In this document: in pieces, positions 51,601 to 61,675 of the stretch
How the letters are laid out: every line of letters starts with the position of its first letter
Position numbering within the stretch: the stretch's first letter is position 1
Program-made: the position numbers and the translations under genes
NCBI GenBank assembly: GCA_951406725.2
Contig: OX597827.1
Span: 58,528,001-58,592,000, forward strand
Direction of reading: 5' to 3'
DNA length: 64,000 nt
From: Octopus vulgaris
Lineage: Eukaryota
The notes under the pieces: model-generated
Told to the model about the DNA's origin: nothing
What the model saw: only the letters and a program-made list of their open reading frames with translations
Databases searched by the model: none

Positions 51601-54600
51601 TACATAATATATATATGTTTATGCATAATATGTATATACATAATATATATTTATGCATAATATGCATAATATATATTTATGCATAATATGTATATACATA
51701 ATATGTATGTTTATGTATAATATGTATATACATAATATATATTTATGTATAATATGTATATACATAATATATATTTGTGTATAATATGTATATACATAAT
51801 ATATATTTATGTATAATATGTATATACATAATATATATGTTTATGTATAATATGTATATACATAATATATATATATTTATGCATAATATTATATAAATGC
51901 ACGTGGGTATATGAGTGTGTATGTTCTAAAAACTATTTGAGAAGTCCTTTTAGATTTTTCTCCCGGGAAATTGGAAATGATGAAACACTGCATGTATTCC
52001 GGTCCACACAGCATGTTTGTGCTGTAGTTTACACCATCATCATGCTATATAGAACGTGTATTTAAACAGTTTATATTTAAAGTCTTTAATATATCTTTGC
52101 TTTTTTTTTCCATTCTTTTTTTTTTCTCCTTAGCATGACAGTCATCTTTTGGGACTTTTTGTCTATAGCTGAATAATAGAATACATTAATTCTTGCTTAC
52201 AGCATCTAACATCTTGGGTTTTGAGAAAGTGATATAACTGTGTTGAGGTAAAATAAGTACCAGTCCTCCCCCTCAAAATTGCTGGCCTTGTGCCAAAATT
52301 TGAAAGGATAATTATTATCATTAGTCGTAGTAGTTAAGGCAGTGAGCTGGCAGAACTATTAACTATTAACATACTGGGCAAAATGGTTAGTGGCATTTCG
52401 TCTGTCTTCGTGTTCTGAGTTCAAGTTCTGCTGAGGTCAGCTTTGTTTTTCATCATTTTGGGGTTGATCAAATATGTACCAATTGCACACTGGAGTCAAT
52501 GTAATCGATTTGCTCCCTCCCCCAAACTTGCTGGCCTTGTGCTAAAATCTGAAGCCATTATTATTATTAGTAGTAGTAGTGGTAGTAGTTGTTGTAAGGT
52601 CCATTAGCTGGCAGAATTATTAGCACCTTGGGTAAAAAAAGATGCTTTGTGGTATTTGTTTTGACCTGCTACACTCTTGGCTCAAATCCTTTTGAGGTCA
52701 ACAATGCCTTTTATCTCTTCAGACTTGATAAAATAAAAAATAAAAAAAAACAGTCAAGCACTGGGGCTGAGGTATCCACTAACCTCCATCCCCTTCAAAA
52801 CTGCTGGCTGCTGGCCTTGAGCCTCAATCAGAAACAATTATTATAAGTAGTTGTAGTTGAAAGCTATGCTGTCACTGATAAGTGTGATCTTAGAGTTTCT
52901 TCAGAACTAGATATCATCTAATTCAAACTGAGTAATGCAGCATTGCAGTGCTGTTTTAATTCTTCATTAAATGGCCTGTGTAACATGTCTGTGCTCAAGT
53001 TTTATGGAATACTTTAAAGTAAATGCCACAGAGATTGCATCCATGCAGCCCATTCTTCAGTTTCATCTGACCTTGTTCCAACTTGAGGGAGAACCAGATG
53101 CTAATTATTTACATATTACCTCTCATTAATGTGCTTTTAGTGGAGTAGGGGTGAAACTGGTGGTTCATACTGCATTAACCAGAAATATCAACAAATTCAT
53201 GTCAATCTTTTAATGCTGCATATATAGCAATTGTTTAAAATATACTATAACTTGTATAGATAAGATATATCACGTGATCACGTGACCAACCAGGCTATCA
53301 GATGTTGCTACACATCACTGGTCACAATGCGCGTCGCATTGTTTTAGCCATCAAGTGATGCCACCCTGTTGGCTAAGCAAGCAGGCCAATATAAGTTTAT
53401 ATATAATGTTAGTGTATAGAGATAAAATTATCTAGGCGGGTACCTTTGTAGCTTACAGGTATACTCCATGTAGTGATAACTGTCAGTGATCGCTTTGTGT
53501 TAGCAATCACATTAACAGCAATTGTGCAGCAGAAACACGTGTCAGTCATTGTAATCAAATAATTATGATGCATGACCAACTGTAAATGTAAAAGGAAAAT
53601 TTGATGATGCATCAGTCTTTGTATTCTTTATAATTGTTTGAAATATATATATATATATAGGGAGATAATAGTTATAATGGATGCAGGTTGTGTGTCAAAT
53701 AGCTAGCTTGAGGCAGTGGCCTCTTGGAGCTAATCAGCGACAGCTTTAGTCTTATATTTATAAGACTGCCATATAAGTATGGCGATAACTATATAGGGAG
53801 AGTTTACGAAAAAAACAAAAGGCAAAGACAGGTGGTGTACAAAACAAACAGATGTATTAGTATAATGCTCAGGAATAGAAAAAGTCTTTTACGTTTTGAG
53901 CCTACGCTCTTCTACAGAAAGGGACACAGAAAAAAACAAGGAGAGAAACAAAGTACTGATTAAGTTCTGGATTCAACTGAATCAACTCTACAGTATTCTT
54001 TTGTTCTTTCACTTGTTTCGGTCATTTGACTGTTACCCTGCTGGAGCACCGCCTTTAGTCGAGCAAATCGACCTCTGGACTTATTCTTTGTAAGCCTAGT
54101 ACTTATTTTATCAGTTCCTTTTTGCCGAACTGCTAATGTACAGGGATGTAAACACACCAGCATCAGTTGTCAAGCGATGTTGCCGGGAGAAACACATACG
54201 CACACATACACACACACACGACAGGCTTCTTTCAGTTTCTGTCTACCAAATCCACTCACAAGGCTTTGGTTAGCTCGAGGCTATAGTAGAAGACACTTGC
54301 CCAAGGTGCCACTCAGTGGGACTGAACCCGGAACCATGTGTTTGGGAAGCAAGCTACTTACCACACAGCCACTCTTGCGCCTCTTCTCAAATTTTTGACA
54401 TTATGCCTCATAATCAGTCGAGATGTTACAAATAGCTGCTACAGTACCGCCTACTGTCTTAAAAGAAGGGAAAATTAGCCTGATACTTTATGCATGAAGA
54501 AAATAAGATGAACTGGTCAAGTCTAGAACACTGATTATGGATCCTCTCAGTAGAGAGGTGACCTCAAGTTAAAGAACAACTCAGTAGTAAATAAGATTCA

Positions 54601-57600
54601 AAATAAACAAGTTTTACCATAGTTTAAAATTATTATCGTATGTGACTGCATTTCTATCTTGTCCTCTAAATGTAATTTTCTTTTTACATCCTCTCTGTCT
54701 ACCTTTCTTTGTCTGTCTGTATGTCTGTCTATTTATCAGCTGCTAGATCTTTACCTGTTTTGCATGGAAATGTATTGCAAACCTTTGGCATGTATTTTTT
54801 TTGTTTTGTTTATTATTGTTTTGTTTGGCTGGAGTGATTACTCTGATGCTGTAATGCTAGGGTTTCAACAAAAAAACAAGCTCTGTTACTAGTGTACAAT
54901 TTTTAAAATATGTAGAGCAAGATGGGGATAATACAAACTCCAGAGCAGTATTGCCACATATGGCTTGTACATATGTAACTTTTACACAAAATCTGTATGG
55001 AATTCATATTGCTCGAGAGAAATATATTGGGGCGAAAAAAATTAAATAGCTGTTAAGAAGCAACTCCTACCAATTTTCATATATCAATCAGGTACCTTCT
55101 ATTTTTTACATTATTTATGTAAAGATAGTTTAATTTAACATAACTAATTGATTCTTTGTTGTTTCTAATTAGGTGTACACGAATTAGTGTTGGCCTCATC
55201 TTTCGATGTTAAAATTTTGAGCACAGAGTTCACGATATAATCAGTTCTCTATGATATGTGTATAAGAAGTTGAACACACCAGGCAGTCAATTCTAGTTGC
55301 TGACTTTAATATTGTCAGTTTTGCATCTCATTAGTTACATCTAGATTGTGTTGAAGAAATACTCTAAAAATATCTGATACTTAATAGGAAAAAAAAAAAA
55401 AAAGAACAAACAAAAACAAAATGGGACACAATCTTGAGTGTTGTTTGCTATGTTAAATTTTCAAGGATTATTGCTTATAATCAGTTTGCATTTTTGTGTT
55501 GTTGGCAAACTGCCATGTTGTAATATTTTTCGGTGTTTTATGATATGACAAGGATTGTTGGTTGCGAAGAATTTCAAATCTTAGTCAATGTATTTTTTCT
55601 TTTTTCTTTTTTTGGTTATGTGTTACTCTCATTTTTTTTTTTACTCCATAAAAACCAAAATTTTATTTCAGCCAAACAGAAGTGAAACTAGAACTTAATA
55701 ATAATGCTAAATAAACCCAGCTAATTTTTCTTTCTTAATTTTCTTAGATTAGGAAATGTTCTTTTTTGTTTCCATGTCATTTTGTAGAATGACCTTTTTC
55801 TAGTTGTATATCTTTTTAAGGGAAGATTAAAAAACTTTGATTGTATGCTTTCCTTTGGCCCTGTAATGTGAAGCAATTATAGTTACACTAACTGGTTTCA
55901 TTTTGAAGATAGAAAAGCTTTGTTGATAGACTAATCTAAAGCATTAGGCTTCGATCTTTTTGTGAACTGCCTACAGTCATGGTTTTATTAGAAACCAGCA
56001 TAGTTTTAGCTGAAATGATTTGTTGCTGCCTTGATTTTGCTGAACCTTGCTTGGAAGTGAACTACTAAAACAAAATTGGACAAATATCAACTCTTTATCT
56101 ATTTTTCCCTTTTATTAAATTACATATATAAATTTTATAAATTACATAATAAAATTCGATTTAAAAAATTTTAAATGTGTTTTTTATAAAAGCAAAATGT
56201 AGTCATGCTGGATTTAGTCAAACAAATGAACCTCAGTATTTATATTTTTAAGGCTGGTACTTATTCCATAGGCTTGTTTTTGTGAAAACCACTAAGTTAC
56301 AGGCTGTAAACAAACCAACACCAAATTGTCAGGCATTGGTGGGAATATGCACAAACACAAAACCACACACACACACACATATATATTTGATTGGCTTTTA
56401 CTTAATTTCCACCTGCCAAATTATCTCATTGGTCAGCCAGGGACTACAGTAGAAGACATTTTCCCCAAGGTGTCACACAGTGGGATTGAACCTGAAACCG
56501 TGTGGTTATAAAGCAAGCTTCTTAGCCACACAACCATGCTTACTCGAATTACTACAATAATTTTTTTTTTTCTTGTTTCTTTTTTGCTGTTGTAAGGTAT
56601 AATTATTTAATTATTATTTAAAATTTTCCTTCATTTCTCTTATTGTGGTAATATTCTTTTATCCTGTGTTGCATCTCTAGATGTTGTCCAGTTCTGTTTT
56701 ATGAGTTCTTCCATGTGAGGCATGCCAGCTAGAAAATTCTGAATGTATAATGAAATCAGAGACACTATTTATTTCAGCAAATCTTTTATCAATATTTTCT
56801 TTAGATTTAGCATTTAAGGAATTGGATGTTCCTAAAAATTCCTTTTAAATATAAGTATCAAAATAAGACTAAAAAGCAAAGCTATTTGAATGTTGGTAGT
56901 ATTTTTGCAGAAATACTGACAACATTTAAATATGCTGTCTTTTCATTTTGATATATATGAATGTTGAAAAAATATATTTCATTCTAAAAGTATGACAACA
57001 TTCATACAAAAATTGTGTTAATATCCATCTGAATTATCTTGTAAAAAGGATTTCCATCAAGAGGTACTTTCAAAATGGTTTCCATTATTTCAGGCGTCAC
57101 TCACTCAAGCTTAATTCTGCCAGTAGTCGCTAGCTTGTAAAAGACTATTATATTTATAACAACAGCTATAATGATAGAAATAATAATAATACACTAGACT
57201 TGCTGTAGAAGTGAAGCTGGAATGGGATGTATATATATATAATGTATGTATAAAAAAGTAGGCTCAATGTTAAGGTTGCAATGTTCAACTGCTGCATGCT
57301 TTATAATGGAAAGCATTTTGAAAATCTGAAAATCTTGGAAATGAAATGCGATGTTTTTTTTCTCTTTTTTTTTCTTTTCTTTTTTTTTTTTTATTCCTCT
57401 ATAAGACACTAATTTATTAATTTTTGATAGTTTGAATTTCATGTCCCCACATGGGGGAATTCCAATTTTATTTTCTATAGAAATATTTTATTTCAATTTA
57501 CAAATTTGTATTGAAAAGTTTCTAATTATTAAATCACTTAACTTTTTAAAATCATATTTTTAAGAATAAAAAAAAAAAAGAATTATGAAATATATAGTAA

Positions 57601-60600
57601 TTAAACTTTATCGCATTTTTTACTCCCCACCATAAAAAGCATATTTAATGATTAAATTTTTTGGTAATTTTACTTTCCATAAATAAATTTTATCTTTAAA
57701 TGTATTACATCCCTTGTCATAAGTAAAGTGATGTTGTGGTGATTCTGCCACACGAAGGTGGCTGATAAGGTAGCATCAGAAAAATATCCATCCCTCTTCT
57801 ACCCCCACTATTTTTAAGTAGGCTGGGAGGGTTGGGTGTGTGAGAGGGAGGGGGAGTCCTCAGGCACCTCATTCCTTGAGTCCTAATAGAAACAATTGTC
57901 ATTATGTTTTCCATTCCCAATCACTGTTTTTCCCTCTTGGACCTTTGGGTTCTTGGGATATGCACACTTTGTGCTCCCACCCCATGCATCCCAGAACAAG
58001 TTTGCAGGCTGATTGCTAGTTATGCTGGCATTTCGATGAAGACTGCAATATATTTTTTTACACACAGACCCTGCTACCTAAGATCTGAAAGTGTCCCTTG
58101 ATAACCTGCACTATGGGTGGTGTGGTATGTTTATTCTTTTGAAATCTTTTTCATAATGCAGTTTGTGGTGGTCTTGTTCACACCAGGCACCAAGCTGGTA
58201 TTTGTATTGGCCCTTTGAATATTAGAAAAAAACGTTTTGTTGTATTTAAGTATGTTCTGGGATCAAATGCCATCCTGGTCAACTTTGCCATTCAACCTTC
58301 TAAGGTCAATAAAATAACTACCTGTAGCCTATTGTTGGAGCTGATATATTCAGCTATACATTTTGAAGTTGGTACCCTAGCATCACTATAGTTCAATAAC
58401 TATAACTGAAACCCATAAAAGAAAAGTTTGTCTGTCTGAACTGGTACAAATTTTGATGCCCAAACAGTAAAAGATAAAATCAATGTAGCTGACATTTCCT
58501 TTCGGAGATTATTATATTGCTAACTTGGAGGGCTGCTCATGCCTTCTTCCTGACTGAACTGATAAAAAAGAACTTAGATTTTGTACTGTGAGAGAGATAG
58601 ACATTATAATGTTCAAAATGCTGTCTCTTTTGCAAGCGTAGCTTGATGTCTTAGTAACTGTAATTGCTATCCAGCTAACTTCATTGAGTAGAAGTCAGCT
58701 CTGAACTTGCTACATAGTACTCTTCCTCTTTGTAAGGCATTTTACTTTACATTAATAATTCTCTAGAAAAAAGAATGAGCCCCTCATATTCATTGTTCTT
58801 TCTCTTGAATGTAAAATTGGGGGTTTATGTCTGTACAAAAAAATTACTTATTTATCTTGCCCCTATCTATTCAGAATTTCATGATGCAGTTCTGTTAAGA
58901 TAGGATATAATTAACTTGTACAAATTAAGTTTCACTGAGAAATGCCGGTTTGATGGTGCAACCTTTGTAGGTGCAGGCAAGGCTGTACTCTTTAGAAGTC
59001 TGCTTTGCAATTCTGTGGTACTGGGTTCGATTCCAGTTTGCAGCAACTTGGCCAAGTGTCTTCAACTGTTGCCTTGGTTTGACCCAAACTGTGTTTTTTA
59101 GATGGAAACTGTACAGAAGTTCAATCAGACACTAGCTGTTCTTGTGTGGTAGATGTAATTCATTGCCAGGTTTAAGAACACTACCCAGCTTTTGGGTACC
59201 TTTAGTGGAGACCATTTTGTTGCCAGCATTTAATCTTAGTTCCCATTCAGTAGTCTGATGTGAGTCTTCTCTCTGTTGTAGGGGTTCTTAATATGGGTGG
59301 TACAGTTTCCAAGGAGGTGCTGGGCATGTTGAAGTAGGTGTTAGACTTTAAGGGCAGTGAGGTAGCATAATTAACATACTAAATTTTACATATGTTAATA
59401 ATTATGTTATATACATGATTAAACTAGTAATGTTTATTAAAATAAAATCATATCTCATTAGGCACAAGGAAGTCATTAACTTGCAATTTATAAAGTAATT
59501 ATACAACTTTTCTCTTTATCAATTTTTTACAATTCTCTATTAAGATTATACAATCCATTTTTAGAATAAAATTTATAAATTATTGCCCATGTTAAGTTTG
59601 TTTAATCATGATACCTCACTCACCATTTAAGTTGGCACTAGTCTTAACAACTACTTAAAAAGGGACATTACCAAAAAAAAAAAAAATTGAAGAAGGTTTA
59701 TGAACCACTACTCAACAGTAACCCCTCCCATGGGCACTGCAGTTCTTCCTCTGATCATGTCCCTTTTCCCCAAATCCACACCTCTTCTAGTTCTTGATCA
59801 ATGATGCCATCTGTTATATTCTTTTACATAATGTAACTATAGTTTTGAAATATGTGAATTAATGTAATTAGTCAAAAATTTGTAAGTGGAATAGACAGAA
59901 ATAAAATATGAACCATAAATACATTTAGTCAAACGTGAAGGAATCTCCCCACCCCCACCCCATATTAGACTGTTTTCTTTTAAATGTCTGCTGATTTGAT
60001 GAACTCTGTATATCCTGACCAGATAACGAAGGTGTTAAACCTAAGCAAATGGAAGAACTCGCCTATGAAGCTACTGATAAGGTGTATGGCAAAGAAGATA
60101 GCGGACCTTATGAGTGTCTCCGGTAATGTTTTGGAGTTGATTATTGCTTCTGATTCATCTCTCTCTCTCTCTTTCCCTCTCATTGTGTTCCTATTGTTAT
60201 AGGGCCTTGCAGAATGCTGTGTGGCTTTTAGTTACATTTGCCCTTTTAACCCTTTTGATACCAACCTGGCTGAAACCAGCTCTGGCTCTGAGTACAAATG
60301 TCTTGTTTTCCTAAGTTTTGAATTAAAATCTCCCACCAAACTTTAGTCACAATTTATGTTCCTAACACTAGCTGAATGATAACTAAGTTATTTTACTAAA
60401 TTCTTTGTTATATTTAAAGTAATTGAAAGAAATACAGAACATCTCAAAATAAATACAGTAACAAAAGGGTTAAATTCTGAGTTCAAATCCTGCCTGGGTT
60501 GGTTTTGTTACATTTTTGTCCTTCTGGGTGTGATTAAAATTAGTATCAGTCAGTTTAATAACCTCTTCTGCTCCCTCTTACCTGTGTTAGAAATAATAAT

Positions 60601-60700
60601 TATTATTACTATAGTAAAAATGATGGATTGAAAAAAACCATTAAAACAGTAGATTAGTTTGAACTGCTCAATAATTCCCTCTCCCTGTCTGTCTGTCTAG

Positions 60701-60731
<31 letters not shown>

Positions 60732-61642
60732 GTTTCAATATGAGTTTGTCTTTCTCTTGTCATTAGATTATCGTTTGGTGCAGTTGTTGGAACAATGAAT
60801 AAAGTCGCCAATGCCATGGAGAATGGAGAGTATGATTTTGATGGCACTCATGATAAACAAGTAAGTAGTCAGTTGCAGGTCTTCAATCTACTCAAATTTG
60901 GCTTCATTTTCTGTCATCATTTACTGTTACTGTAGCAACAGACTTATGCACATGTGTGTGGGTAAGTCTGTTTACATATATATACATACATACATAAATA
61001 AATACATATGGTTTTTTTTTTCTCTTTTATAGATTCAAGCACCAATTGCTGAACGTGCCAACATAGTAAAATCCAGAATCGCAGACATTGAAACATTGAA
61101 GATAAAACTTGATAAAAAGGAAGAAGATATCAAGGACCTTAAAATGCAGTTGAAGTTGAAGGTAAGGCTGAAGTGCGTGTGTGTGTGTGTGTGTGTCAAG
61201 TGGGGAACTTTGGTGTTTATATATCCCTCTGCATATAAGAGGGAGAAGTTTCTTTTCCTTTGTCAATCAGATGAAAATTAAACACCCTTAACCCTTTAGT
61301 ATTCATATTATTTAGTGAAATGTAATGCAGCCGAAGTGTTAAGACCAATCCTTCTGGTGGTATAAAACACTCGTGGCAGTACCATGTAAAAGCACCTTTG
61401 TGGCAACACATAACAGTGCCTGTACGGTGTCCCATAAAAGTGCCCATGTGGGCACTTTTATGTGACACTGTTAGGTGCAGGGGTGGCTGTGTGGTAAGTA
61501 GCTTGCTTACCAACTACATGGTTCCGGGTTCATTCCCACTGCGTGGCACTTTAGGCAAGTGTCTTCTACTATAGCCTCAGGCCACCCAAAGCCTTGTGAA
61601 TGGATTTGATAGACGGAAACTGAAAGAAGCCCATCATATATA

Positions 61643-61675
<33 letters not shown>

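Noticed and set aside
56681-56714. AG...GTGAGG-bounded 34-nt segment
   Set aside because: Not frame-preserving and no homology to DCTN1.
44673-60022. Nested antisense protein-coding gene in the largest intron
   Set aside because: No minus-strand ORF with a recognisable domain or coherent splice pattern was found by eye.
61477-61550. tRNA gene
   Set aside because: A/B-box-like head of SINE family 2 that continues into the SINE body; no full cloverleaf.
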